Below the pieces are notes generated by a model that was not told the origin of the DNA, made no database searches, and was given only the letters and a program-made list of their open reading frames with translations. From Dehalococcoidia bacterium (lineage in GTDB: Bacteria; Chloroflexota; Dehalococcoidia; Lucifugimonadales; G958296245), in NCBI GenBank assembly GCA_965262055.1, contig CBDHEI010000002.1:1108202-1172201 (forward strand): 64,000 nucleotides of DNA, given 5' to 3'. Positions 39,132 to 50,407 of the stretch are shown here, piece after piece. A program made the translations under genes and the position numbers. Positions within the stretch are counted from its first letter, which is position 1. The number at the start of each line of letters is the position of its first letter.

Positions 39132-39160
39132 TTGACACACTCCGAATCAACTACTATACT
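39132..39160 (+). promoter_or_regulatory. sigma70-type promoter: TTGACA-17 nt-TATACT
   Basis: -35 TTGACA (39132-39137), a 17-nt spacer and -10 TATACT (39155-39160), directly upstream of hspR. Confidence 0.6.
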
Positions 39161-39201
39161 ATGACCGTCGTATTTCAGTGTCAGAGGAGGCAGACTTCCC
39201 A

Positions 39202-39693
39202 GTGACATCCGGTCCGCGAAGACGCCGGGAGAGCCGCGTTCCTAACAGTAGAACGGCGGAAGCCCTGTTCGGGTTAGGCCCTGGCGGCGGCGAGATGCCA
39301 GGCGACCCAAGGGCCGGGGTCGATAGCGGGACTGGCGGCGTGGAGGGCGTCTACATAATCAGCGTTGCGGCGCGCATCCTGGAGATGCACCCGCAAACCT
39401 TGAGGAAGTACGAGCGGGCGGGACTGGTCAGGCCCTCGCGCACCGTCGGGATGCTGCGCCTCTACTCCGAAGAGGACATCGCCCGGCTCAGGCTGATCAA
39501 GCACCTCGTCGGCGATTTGGGGCTCAACCTCGCGGGGGTGCAGCTAATGCTCCAGCTTTTCAACCGCATGCTGGAGATCAGGGCAAAGCTCCCGCGCGTT
39601 CCAGACGAGAGGCTGGGCCAATTCGTTGACATGAGCCTCGACGAGCTATTCGAGCTGATCCACGCCCACGAAGGGCGAAAGACGCAGCGATAG
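39202..39693 (+). CDS. hspR: MerR-family heat-shock regulator (HspR-like)
   Basis: YIISVAARILEMHPQTLRKYERAGLVRPSRTVGMLRLYSEEDIARLRLIKHL is a MerR HTH of HspR type. The start is uncertain: GTG at 39202 lies after GAGGAGG, while the ORF opens at 39178. Confidence 0.75.
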   Translation: MTSGPRRRRESRVPNSRTAEALFGLGPGGGEMPGDPRAGVDSGTGGVEGVYIISVAARILEMHPQTLRKYERAGLVRPSRTVGMLRLYSEEDIARLRLIKHLVGDLGLNLAGVQLMLQLFNRMLEIRAKLPRVPDERLGQFVDMSLDELFELIHAHEGRKTQR

Positions 39694-39714
39694 AAGTGGG
39701 AGGCATCGGACCGC

Positions 39715-40403
39715 ATGAGTGATGAAGCAAGCCCGGGCTGCGCGCCCGAAGATGGAGACTCCGTCCCGGACGACCAGATCGAGCTGGAGGAGGCGCTCCG
39801 GGAGAAGGACCAGTTCCGAAGACTGGCCCAGCGCTCCCAGGCCGACCTGCTCAACTACCGCCGCCGCGCAGCCGCCGAGATTGAGGAGGTCCGCCGCCGC
39901 GCCAGCGCCGACATACTGCTGAAGGTGATCGGCGTCGTCGACGACCTGGAGAGGGCCCTGGGCATGGTGCCCGAGGACGCCGTCGCGCCCGGATGGCTGG
40001 AGGGCCTGAATCTCGTCATGCGCAAGATGGAGAGCGTCCTGGAGACGTCGGGCGTGCAGAAGATCGAGGCCCTGGGCCGGCCCTTCGAGCCCTGGCAACT
40101 GGAGGCCGTGCACTATGCGGAGACCGCGGAGTACGAGCCCGGTGTGGTGACCGAGGTATTCCGGGAAGGATATATGCTTGACGACATGGTGCTGAGGGCC
40201 GCACAGGTGGTCGTAGCCAAGGAGCCAGAGCCACCGGCTCAAGCGGACACACCCGTGGCCGAAACCGAAGATGTGTGCGAGACAGAGGCCATGGCCGCAA
40301 CGGAAGACGCATGCGAGACGGAAGCCGTGGCCGAAGCGGAAGACGCAACAGCGGCGGAGGCCGCAGCCGAGACAGAAGATGCAAAGGATAAGGAGACTAG
40401 CTA

Positions 40404-40404
<1 letters not shown>
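39715..40404 (+). CDS. grpE: nucleotide exchange factor GrpE with an acidic repeat tail
   Basis: [24 protein letters not shown]...[12 protein letters not shown]...; the C-terminal tail is [39 protein letters not shown]. Confidence 0.9.
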
Positions 40405-42323
<1,919 letters not shown>

Positions 42324-42430
42324 GGTCATCTGCAACCCTTAGCGATGTCGAGCCTCTACTCGGAGTAACGGCCCTGGAGGAGGCTCCCGTCGACGCGGCT
42401 CAAGGGATTTGAACAGGGAAGGACATCATC

Positions 42431-42660
42431 ATGCCGACACGCCGCCTGACCGCAGTTATCGAGCGCGATGGAAACGGCTATGTTGCGCTGTGCCCTGAGT
42501 TGGACATCGGAAGCCAAGGCGACGCCGTGGAGGAGAGCCAAAACAACCTTCAAGAGGCCCGTGCAACTTTTCCTGGAAGAGGCCAGCCCTTCGGAGGTTA
42601 GAAAGCGCCTCCATGGCGAAGTGTACGTCACGAGCATTGAAGTAGCAGTTGGCCGAGCTA
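42431..42660 (+). pseudogene. HicB (UPF0150-type) antitoxin, frameshifted
   Basis: MPTRRLTAVIERDGNGYVALCPELDIGSQGDAVEESQNNLQEA is followed, in another frame, by ...QLFLEEASPSEVRKRLHGEVYVTSIEVAVG. Confidence 0.7.
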
Positions 42661-42871
42661 AGAGTCCTGTCCGGCCGCTAGGTCTGCGCGGTCCTCGACG
42701 AGTACGGGTTCGTTGAGGTGCGCAGACCCCGGTAGTCGCATCATCATGCAGCTCAGGACGAACGAGACTACTGTAACGGTTCCGGTGCCCGATCACCATG
42801 AGATTCGCATCGGCACCCTCAGGTCGATTATCAGACAGTCGGGACTCCCAAGATCGCTGTTCGAAGTCTAG
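42649..42871 (+). pseudogene. HicA toxin with an in-frame TAG (42679-42681) and a 1-nt frameshift near 42729
   Basis: (M)AELRVLSGR*VCAVLDEYGFVEVRR.. is followed, after a frame shift, by GSRIIMQLRTNETTVTVPVPDHHEIRIGTLRSIIRQSGLPRSLFEV*. Confidence 0.7.
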
Positions 42872-43017
42872 CAGGATGCGGAAGAACTCTTCCAAATCTT
42901 CTTCTGGGCTCTTCCCTGTTCCCAGGGAAGAGAAGAATTAAATCTGAGGGACACCCTCAGACTCCCGGCAAAGGGGCTTCGCCCCTCCGCACACCCCGTT
43001 CTTCAGCAGCCTGCTAG
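42868..43017. repeat. MITE-like palindromic element, copy 2 (150 bp)
   Basis: Near-identical by eye to 38574-38724, with a few substitutions and a 1-bp length difference. Its CTAG termini contain the stop codons of both convergent flanking genes. Confidence 0.8.
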
Positions 43018-43643
43018 AGCAACTTCCCGGCAGACATCTCGCGGATGGTCCAGAGGTGGCGTTCGGGGCTGTACGAGGTACACACGAAGCAGGCGTCGCC
43101 GAAGGCGAAGCGTACGCCGCTTCCAGTGGGCGGCGGCGAGATGCCCAGTATACAGTGCATGGCGGCGCTGATGATGCCCCCGTGGGCCACCACGAGGTAC
43201 GAACCGGGGCCTCTTCTGACGACGCGCTGCAGGGCACCCGCGGCGCGCGTCAGCAGGTCCCACCCGCTCTCGCCCTCGCCAGTGGCGGCGACGTAGGGCT
43301 CAAACGGGTTGGCGAACTCTGGCTTGGGGTACCTCTCCCTGGCCACGTCGAAAGGGAGCCCCGCCAGAGGGCCGTTGTCCCGCTCCATCCAGCCGGGGTC
43401 GTACTTGATGGGGATGTCCAGCACTTCACCGACGATCTGCGCGCTCCCCGCGGCGCGTACCAAGGTGCTGGCGACGATCAGGTCGAAGGTGACGGCGGAG
43501 CACTTCCACTCCTCAGCCCGTGACCTGACCTGAGACCGTCCTGCGTTGGTGAGCGGCGCGTCGTACCTTCCCTCATGCACCATCTCGTCGTCTGCGAGCG
43601 AGCGGCCATGCCGCATCAGGGTTATCTGGATCTCAGGGGGCAT
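43014..43643 (-). CDS. histidine phosphatase family protein (phosphoglycerate-mutase-like)
   Basis: ITLMRHGRSLADD...PLTNAGRSQ contains the RHG motif, and there is a downstream ...VVAHGG. Confidence 0.8.
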   Translation of the reverse strand: MPPEIQITLMRHGRSLADDEMVHEGRYDAPLTNAGRSQVRSRAEEWKCSAVTFDLIVASTLVRAAGSAQIVGEVLDIPIKYDPGWMERDNGPLAGLPFDVARERYPKPEFANPFEPYVAATGEGESGWDLLTRAAGALQRVVRRGPGSYLVVAHGGIISAAMHCILGISPPPTGSGVRFAFGDACFVCTSYSPERHLWTIREMSAGKLL

Positions 43644-43689
43644 GGGAAAGGGGGGCAGGGCGAATTGCCGGAACGTCCTGCGAGGCCGG

Positions 43690-44508
43690 TCACACCCTGA
43701 CGGCAACTACGTCGAGCCAGTTGCGGGGGACGTAGCGGAGGTCCATCTCCTCGAAGGTCTGCCTCAGACCTGACTTGAGGACGGCGCTCGCCTTGTCGAG
43801 CGGGACGCCGGGCATGGTCCCCACGATGAAGTCCTCGAAGGAGCTGATGTCGAGCCAGCCCTGGATCGGCACGTTGACGGTCTCGACCTCCTGCCTGGCG
43901 ATGCGGAAGCCGTGGTTCTCCAGCAGGTCGCGGTACTCCTCCGGCGAAAGGTGCCTGCGAGCCTCCACCTTGTCGGCCCTGGACGGTGAGAGGCCGTACT
44001 CCTTGCGCAGGGACCTGGCTGCCTTCATCATCCAGCGCCGGTAGAACTGGCGCGTCTCCGGGAGGTGCGCCCCCTCGTAGAAGGAGGTGTTGAAGGCGAG
44101 CTTGCCTCCGGGCTTGAGGGTATCGGCGATCTCGTTCAGCAGCGCGCCCTTGTCCGGGACGTAGTGGATGGCGTTGCAGAATATCACCGCGTCCGCGCGA
44201 TCCTTGACGGCCTCGGATATGTTCTCGACGCCGCTCTGCACGAACTGGATGGCCGCGTCTCGGACGTCCTTCAGGTCCTCCATGGCCAGCTTGAGCGCCG
44301 AAGCCGAGTGGTCTATGCCGATTATCGCGGAGTCGCGGGCGCCCTTGAGGCGGTCGGCGATTATCCGCGTCACGCCACCGGTGCCGCAGGCGAGATCGAC
44401 GATGCACTGGCCGGAGCCGACCTCCACCATGTCCACGAGGTGGGCATTCTGCTCCGTGTAGAAGCGGTTTATCGAGAAGTTCTTGAAACCGAAGTCTTCG
44501 GAAGCCAT
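43690..44508 (-). CDS. class I SAM-dependent methyltransferase
   Basis: Motif I IVDLACGTGGVT, and ...DAVIFCNAIHYV. Confidence 0.8.
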   Translation of the reverse strand: MASEDFGFKNFSINRFYTEQNAHLVDMVEVGSGQCIVDLACGTGGVTRIIADRLKGARDSAIIGIDHSASALKLAMEDLKDVRDAAIQFVQSGVENISEAVKDRADAVIFCNAIHYVPDKGALLNEIADTLKPGGKLAFNTSFYEGAHLPETRQFYRRWMMKAARSLRKEYGLSPSRADKVEARRHLSPEEYRDLLENHGFRIARQEVETVNVPIQGWLDISSFEDFIVGTMPGVPLDKASAVLKSGLRQTFEEMDLRYVPRNWLDVVAVRV

Positions 44509-44615
44509 GGCTACCCTCCGCTGCGCGGCTCGGGCTATGGAGGCGGCTGTATGTGTCTCAATATACCAAAGGCCGGCGGGCCGCGTCTAACGGCGCCCCT
44601 CCCCCTGAGGGGAGC

Positions 44616-45575
44616 TCAGCCGAGCCCCAGGTCGTCGAGAATCGCGGGGATCTGCTCCTTTTCCTCATCGGTGAGCGGGCGGAGGGGGCGCGTGACCGTG
44701 TCGTGGTCGATGACGCCCATGGCCTTGAGGGCCGACTTGATTCCTGAGAAGGTGGCCGCGTTTGGCCCGCCGCCCGCGGCGAGGCGGGTAACCCTCGTGG
44801 CGGACATGAGCAAGGCCGTCTGGCGGGTGACCGCCTCCCGGTCGCCGGCCTCTCCCGCTTCCCACAGGCTGGCCGCGATGCCGGGGACGAAATTGCCGAT
44901 CCCGGGAATCACGCCGTGGGCACCAACCGCGCCAGCCGTCCCTATGCGGAATATCGTGCCCAGGAAACGGTACATCTCGAAGCCGCCCTGCTCGCCAAGG
45001 GCCACAAGCTGCGCGAGCAGCTCGCCGGCTCCCGACGAGTCCTTAACGCCGACCACGGCACCTTCGGAAGCGAGGGTGGCCATGGTTGCGGGTTCCACGA
45101 CGGTCTTGACCGTCACCGGGATGTTGTAGACCCACAACGGCAGCCCCACGCGGTCGTGTATGTGCCTGTAGTGGTCCAGCAGCTCGTCCTGCGCGCACGG
45201 GTAGTAATAAGGAGGCGTGGCCGCTATGCCGTCCAGCGGCAGTTCCTGCACGTCGGCGGCCAGCTTGACTGCGGCCTCCGTACCGGCGCCCGATACGTTG
45301 GCGATGATCGGGACGCGACCGCTTACCTCGTCGACTATCGTCTCGGTAACGAGCGCTCTCTGGGGGTCGGTGAGCGAGGCGAACTCGCCGGTAGTGCCGG
45401 CGGTCCAGATGCCGTGGACGCCGTTGTCGATCATGTACGCTACGAGGCGCCTGAGGGAGGATGTGTCCACCTCGTAGTCGGGCGTCAGGGGCGTGACTAT
45501 GGGGATTATTACCCCTCTGATCCTGTCGTCGGCCACCGGGCCCTCCCTTGCCACTGACGCAGCGGAGGCGGGCAC
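44616..45575 (-). CDS. dihydrodipicolinate synthase/N-acetylneuraminate lyase family (DapA-like) aldolase
   Basis: GVIIPIVTPLT...GIWTAGTTGEFASLT... The start codon is uncertain. Confidence 0.75.
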   Translation of the reverse strand: MPASAASVAREGPVADDRIRGVIIPIVTPLTPDYEVDTSSLRRLVAYMIDNGVHGIWTAGTTGEFASLTDPQRALVTETIVDEVSGRVPIIANVSGAGTEAAVKLAADVQELPLDGIAATPPYYYPCAQDELLDHYRHIHDRVGLPLWVYNIPVTVKTVVEPATMATLASEGAVVGVKDSSGAGELLAQLVALGEQGGFEMYRFLGTIFRIGTAGAVGAHGVIPGIGNFVPGIAASLWEAGEAGDREAVTRQTALLMSATRVTRLAAGGGPNAATFSGIKSALKAMGVIDHDTVTRPLRPLTDEEKEQIPAILDDLGLG

Positions 45576-45620
45576 GGATCCCGCCTCCGCCGATGTAGAC
45601 GATCTAGCCGCTGGCGCCTG

Positions 45621-45884
45621 TCATCCGCCGCCCACGGCGGGGATGAAGTGCACCTCGCTGTCCTCCTGGACCTTCTCCAGCAGCCCGAGGCGGCATACCT
45701 CGCCGTCGACGGCCACCGATATATTCCTCTTCACGCGCCCGTCCTCCACCAGCCGGTCCTTGAAGCCCGGGTAAAGCTCATCCAGGCTGGCGATTACCTG
45801 GCGCACGGTGGCACCGCGCACCTCCACCTGTTCTCTTCCGTCGGTGAGCTTTCGCATAAGCGATGGTATGAATACCGTCGGCAT
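45621..45884 (-). CDS. MoaD/ThiS-family ubiquitin-like beta-grasp protein
   Basis: 87 aa ending ...HFIPAVGGG (C-terminal Gly-Gly). Confidence 0.7.
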   Translation of the reverse strand: MPTVFIPSLMRKLTDGREQVEVRGATVRQVIASLDELYPGFKDRLVEDGRVKRNISVAVDGEVCRLGLLEKVQEDSEVHFIPAVGGG

Positions 45885-45890
45885 TGGCTT

Positions 45891-48185
45891 CTACCCGCAG
45901 TTGCTCTTCAGGGCCTCCACGATCGAGGTCGGCTTCATGGGGGCCTGCCGCAGCCGTACGCCCACCGCCGCGTTTATCGCGTTCGACACCGCCGCCAGCG
46001 GGGGTATGATGGGGACCTCGCCAACACCGCGGACACCGTACGGGTGGCCGGGGTTGGCTACCTCCACGATGACCGTATCGATCATCGGCAGGTCGAGGGA
46101 CGTGGGCATCCTGTAGTCCAGGAGCGTGTTGTTGGCCATGCGGCCCTCGGAGTCCATGAAGTACTCCTCGTTCAGCGCCCAGCCGATTCCCTGCGTTGTG
46201 CCTCCCTGCATCTGGCCCTCGACGTAGCTCGGGTGGATCGCCTTGCCGGCGTCCTGCACGGCGGTGAGCCGGAGCACGTCCGTCTTGCCGGTGTCGGGAT
46301 CTACGCGCACGTCGACAATCAGGCCGGCGAACGCCCCACCCTCGCCGGAGGGGTTGACGTTGGCTGAGCCGACGATGGTCCCGCCCGTCTCGTCCATCCG
46401 GGCGGCTATCTCCTTGAAGGTCATCTTGAGCTCCGGGTCAGCCTTGGAGCTGATGACGCCCTTGTTCATCTCCAGCGAATCGGCGTCCACGTCCCAGATA
46501 CTGGCCGCGCGCTCGATCGCCGTCTTCTTCACGTCCTCGGCGGCCAGGTAGGCGGCCCATCCGGTGGCGAAGGTGACCCGGCTGCCGCCGGTCCCAAGCG
46601 TGTACCCCACGGAGTCGGTGTCCACAACCGAGGGGTGAACGTCTTCAACCGGGATACCCAACGCTTCGGCGGCCTGCATCGCAATGGTCGTGCGGGTCCC
46701 GCCGATGTCCGTGGACCCTTCGATAAGGCTGATCGTGCCGTCCTTGCTGACGTTGATGTTGACGCTGGACTGCTCACCGACGTTGAACCAGTATCCGACG
46801 GCCACTCCGCGCCCAGTGTTCTCGCCCTCCAGCGGCGCCGTGTAGTGCGGGTGGTCTCTCATAGCCTCCAGCACCTCGACGCAGCCGATCCTCTTGAAGG
46901 TCGGGCCGTCGACGCGCCGCGTGCCCTCCTTGGAGGCGTTCATGAGCCGCAGCTCCAGGGGGTCGATGCCCAGCTTGGCTGCGATCTCGTCCACCACGGA
47001 CTCCGACGCGAACTCGGTGTTCGGGGCGCCCGGCGCGCGGTAGGCGCCGGTCACGGGCTTGTTGACGACCACGTCGTAGCCGTCCACGAGCTGGTTCTCT
47101 ATGTCGTACGGCCCGAAGACGCACATGGCTCCGGCGCCCACCGGGTTCTTGCCGGGATACGCGCCCGCCTCGAACGCGATGCAGGCCTGACCGGCGGTCA
47201 GCTTGCCGTCCCTGGTGGCGCCCATCTTGACGCGCACGTGAGAGCCGGGCGTGGGCCCGGTGGCCTCCAGCTCTTCGGCGCGGGTCATCAGCATCTTGAC
47301 CGGGCGGCCTGTCTTCTTGGAGAGCAGGGCCGCAACGCTTTCGCCGTAGGTCTCCCACTTGCCGCCGAACCCGCCGCCGATCTCCAGCGGCGTCAGCTTG
47401 ACGTCGGTCGGGGCCAAGCCCAGCAGGCCGGCCGTGTTGTCGCGGACGTCGAACGCCGCCTGCGTGCTCGTCCATATATACACTCGCCCGTCCCTGTTCC
47501 AACTCACGGTGCAGGCGTGGGGCTCAATGTAGCCCTGGTGCACGGTGGCCGTGTCGAAGGAGCGCTCGATGACGACGTCTGCCTCCTCGAATCCCTTCTC
47601 AACGTCGCCGAGGGAGTGCTGGAGGTGCTCGTTGACGTTCGAGGGCTTGTCGCCGGTGGAGTCGAGCTCCTTGGTGCGCATGTCGTCGTGCAGGATAGGC
47701 GCGTCGCCGGCCATACCTTCGGGGGCGGTCATGACGGAGGGGAGCACATCGTACTCGACCTCGATCAGGCGGACGGCCTCCTCGGCGTCGTGGACGCTGG
47801 CGGCCGCCACGGCGGCGATGGGGTGGCCCTTGTAGAGGACCTTCTCGGTCGCTAGGTTGTTCTCGCGAATGCGCTTGAGGCCGAACTCGCCCAGGGCGCC
47901 GGTCCAGGTCTCGCCCGGCTTGGTCTCGGGGAAGTCGTACCCCGTGACCACGGCGCTTACGCCCGGGTGCGCCTCCGCCTTGCTGGTGTCTATCGACTTG
48001 ATTCTTGCGTGGGCGTGCGGGCTGCGGAGCCACTTGGCGAAGAGCATCCCCGCCGTGGCGTAGTCCTCGCCGTACTTGGCGGCCCCGGTCACCTTATCGG
48101 GGCCGTCGTGGCGGGCCGGCCGCGTGCCGACTACCTCGAACTCCTCCTGGACCAGGACGATATTGGGCTCGTAGGTGAGCGTCAT
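45891..48185 (-). CDS. xanthine dehydrogenase-family molybdopterin-binding large subunit
   Basis: 764 aa; ...VTGAAKYGEDY..., GGGFGGK, TGAYRAPGAP. There is no CODH active-site loop (VAYRCSFR/AYRGAGR). Confidence 0.85.
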   Translation of the reverse strand: MTLTYEPNIVLVQEEFEVVGTRPARHDGPDKVTGAAKYGEDYATAGMLFAKWLRSPHAHARIKSIDTSKAEAHPGVSAVVTGYDFPETKPGETWTGALGEFGLKRIRENNLATEKVLYKGHPIAAVAAASVHDAEEAVRLIEVEYDVLPSVMTAPEGMAGDAPILHDDMRTKELDSTGDKPSNVNEHLQHSLGDVEKGFEEADVVIERSFDTATVHQGYIEPHACTVSWNRDGRVYIWTSTQAAFDVRDNTAGLLGLAPTDVKLTPLEIGGGFGGKWETYGESVAALLSKKTGRPVKMLMTRAEELEATGPTPGSHVRVKMGATRDGKLTAGQACIAFEAGAYPGKNPVGAGAMCVFGPYDIENQLVDGYDVVVNKPVTGAYRAPGAPNTEFASESVVDEIAAKLGIDPLELRLMNASKEGTRRVDGPTFKRIGCVEVLEAMRDHPHYTAPLEGENTGRGVAVGYWFNVGEQSSVNINVSKDGTISLIEGSTDIGGTRTTIAMQAAEALGIPVEDVHPSVVDTDSVGYTLGTGGSRVTFATGWAAYLAAEDVKKTAIERAASIWDVDADSLEMNKGVISSKADPELKMTFKEIAARMDETGGTIVGSANVNPSGEGGAFAGLIVDVRVDPDTGKTDVLRLTAVQDAGKAIHPSYVEGQMQGGTTQGIGWALNEEYFMDSEGRMANNTLLDYRMPTSLDLPMIDTVIVEVANPGHPYGVRGVGEVPIIPPLAAVSNAINAAVGVRLRQAPMKPTSIVEALKSNCG

Positions 48186-48187
48186 GT

Positions 48188-48667
48188 TTACGCCTCCTGC
48201 ATTCGGTTGGCGGCGTCGAGCACCGCCCTCACGATCTTATCGTAGCCGGTGCACCTGCACAGGTTCCCGGCCAGCCAGAAGCGGACGTCGTGCTCGGTGG
48301 GGCAGGGGTTCTGCTCCAGGAGCGCCTTGGAGGCCACGATGAAGCCCGGGGTGCATACCCCGCACTGCAACGCGGCGTTCTCCAGGAATGCCTGCTGGAT
48401 CGGGTGAAGCCCCGCCGGCGTAGCCACTCCCTCGATGGTGAGTATCTCTTTGCCGGCGGTCTCGACACCCAGCACCAGGCACGAGTCCACAATCCGCCCG
48501 TCCAGGTTCACGGTACAGGCGCCGCAGTTTCCGTCGTTACAGCCCTCTTTGCTGCCGGTGAGCTGCAGGTTGTCCCGGAGGACCTCCAGCAGGCTCTCTC
48601 GCGGCTCGCAGAGGAGCTCTACGTCTTCGCCGTTGATCCTTGTGTGTACGTACGTCTTGGCGGGCAT
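48188..48667 (-). CDS. (2Fe-2S)-binding small subunit of the XDH-family enzyme
   Basis: CNDGNCGACTV and QCGVCTPG...LCRCTGY cysteine clusters. Confidence 0.9.
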   Translation of the reverse strand: MPAKTYVHTRINGEDVELLCEPRESLLEVLRDNLQLTGSKEGCNDGNCGACTVNLDGRIVDSCLVLGVETAGKEILTIEGVATPAGLHPIQQAFLENAALQCGVCTPGFIVASKALLEQNPCPTEHDVRFWLAGNLCRCTGYDKIVRAVLDAANRMQEA

Positions 48668-49540
48668 CTATTCCCCTCCCCTGGCTCTCTCGACCGCGGT
48701 GTTGAGCGCCCTTCTGGTAAGGACCTCGCATAGCTGCTTGCGGAACTCTATGGTGCCGCGCATGTCGTTGATGGGCGTGGCGGCGTCGCTGGCTATCCTG
48801 GACGCCTCCGCGATGCTCTCGGCGTTCACGGGCTTGCCCGCCAACGCCTCCCCGGCCTCCTTCACGAAGAGAGGGACCGGGGCAACGGCCGCCAGGGCGA
48901 CCCTGGCGCACTTGAAGGAGCCGTTGTCCAGCACGACTGAGACCCCTGCTCCGGCGACGGCGATGTCCATCTCGTTGCGCGGGATGAAGCGTATGTAACG
49001 CGCCCCGAAGCCTGCGGGAGGCGCGGGGAAGTGCAGGGAGACGAGAAGCTCGTCGGGCGCGAGCACATTGCGGCTCGGCCCGGTGCAGAAGTCCTCGACC
49101 GCGACCTGCCGCCTGCCGTTGGGGCCGGCGATGTTGCAGGTCGCGCTGTGGGCAATCAGCGCCGGTATCGTGTCGGCGCTGGGCGTGGAGTTGCACAGGT
49201 TGCCGCCGATGGAGGCCCTGCCCTGGATCTGGATGCCTCCGATGAGGGAGGCGGAGTCTACGAGGCCCGGATATGTGCGCGCTATGGCCCGGTTGCCGTA
49301 CACCTTGTAACAGGGCACCGCCGCTCCCAGGGTCAGGCCGTCCTCGGTGTCGAGGGTGATCTCGTTGAGCTCGGGGATACCCTTGCCGTCGATGACCAGG
49401 TCCGGCTTCAGGACGTGGTTTCGGAGCTGCACTATCAGGTCCGTGCCGCCGGCGAGAACCCTCGCCTTGCCGCAGTTCTGGGAGAGCAGGCTTACCGCTT
49501 CTTCAACGCTGTGGGGACTTGCATAGTCAATCCACTTCAA
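48668..49540 (-). CDS. FAD-binding medium subunit of the XDH-family enzyme
   Basis: VLAGGTDLIVQLR..., ...GGNLCNSTPSADTIPAL. Confidence 0.85.
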   Translation of the reverse strand: MKWIDYASPHSVEEAVSLLSQNCGKARVLAGGTDLIVQLRNHVLKPDLVIDGKGIPELNEITLDTEDGLTLGAAVPCYKVYGNRAIARTYPGLVDSASLIGGIQIQGRASIGGNLCNSTPSADTIPALIAHSATCNIAGPNGRRQVAVEDFCTGPSRNVLAPDELLVSLHFPAPPAGFGARYIRFIPRNEMDIAVAGAGVSVVLDNGSFKCARVALAAVAPVPLFVKEAGEALAGKPVNAESIAEASRIASDAATPINDMRGTIEFRKQLCEVLTRRALNTAVERARGGE

Positions 49541-49783
49541 TGAACGCCTCCTTGTCAGGAAGTTTGCGGGCGCCGCCCGCGCTCAGGCGCGGTACGGCGA
49601 TGCGCAGCCTTCAAGAGAGTGCCTCCCCCGAAAGGCGGCACTAAGTATAGCAAGATGGGGTTTGGCGGTAAAGTGGGTGTGCGCCGTTCGATGGACGGCT
49701 TCTAGCAGCTAGGCCCTCGCTTTGGTAGACTTCATCTACTATCGCCCTCCAATTGGACTGTCAGGCAAGTAGCGCCACAGGAG

Positions 49784-50407
49784 TTGCAGGACTTGCAGAG
49801 ACAGAACGGAGACCGCCTAGCCGCAGTGTATCTGGACGCAACCGCTCCACGGCTGCTCAAGGCCTTGAACCGCAAGACTTCCATCGGGTGGGGTGATCTG
49901 CCAGGTGTAGTTGGTGGCGAGTGGGATGATGTACTCAGATCCGTGGCCCTCTTGTCCGGGGCCGACCTATGCGAGGCAAGCACAACCGGTCTCAGGCTCA
50001 GTGAGCACGGGGAAAGGTTGCTCGCCGATGGCCCAGACAGCCCTTCACACGATGCCGGCTTGAGCGACGCTCTGCGGGACCTCCGTGAGACAATCGACGA
50101 GGCTCGGGAAGAGGGAACCCCCCTGCCGTCCAATGCGGCGCTAGAAAGCGCGGAGCGCCTGTTGAGGGAAATGTACCGGATCTCCCCTCGCCGGTTCGAG
50201 GTCTATTCCACGCCGGACGGCGAGGTCGCCATCTACGCCCCAAGCTGCGGGAGCTCCGTCCTTATGTTGTGCGACTCGGATGGGGGCGCACTCTGCCTGG
50301 TCAACGTGGACGGCACGCACCGCCGCGCCCGCTATTCGACTACCCGGACGCTTCCCGACGGGTTTGTGCGCGAGGCCCTGGTCGAGTTGGCGCAGCACGA
50401 CGCTTGA
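49784..50407 (+). CDS. hypothetical protein (possible N-terminal winged-helix-like region + unknown C-terminal domain)
   Basis: 207-aa ORF with protein-like composition. TTG starts at 49784 or 49793 follow AGGAG. I recognise no family. Confidence 0.5.
   Translation: MQDLQRQNGDRLAAVYLDATAPRLLKALNRKTSIGWGDLPGVVGGEWDDVLRSVALLSGADLCEASTTGLRLSEHGERLLADGPDSPSHDAGLSDALRDLRETIDEAREEGTPLPSNAALESAERLLREMYRISPRRFEVYSTPDGEVAIYAPSCGSSVLMLCDSDGGALCLVNVDGTHRRARYSTTRTLPDGFVREALVELAQHDA

Noticed and set aside
39100-39180. HAIR (CTTGAGT-N7-ACTCAAG) HspR operator in the hspR promoter
   Set aside because: There is no match to either half-site on either strand. Only the unrelated 10-N9-10 palindrome further upstream was found.
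42356-42895. 179-aa minus-strand ORF covering the hicBA region
   Set aside because: It is antisense to recognisable, though decayed, HicB/HicA coding sequence, and no domain is recognisable.
45891-49540. coxMSL-like operon as aerobic carbon-monoxide dehydrogenase
   Set aside because: The large subunit lacks the form I (VAYRCSFR) and form II (AYRGAGR) active-site loop motifs. It is only assignable to the general XDH/aldehyde oxidase family.
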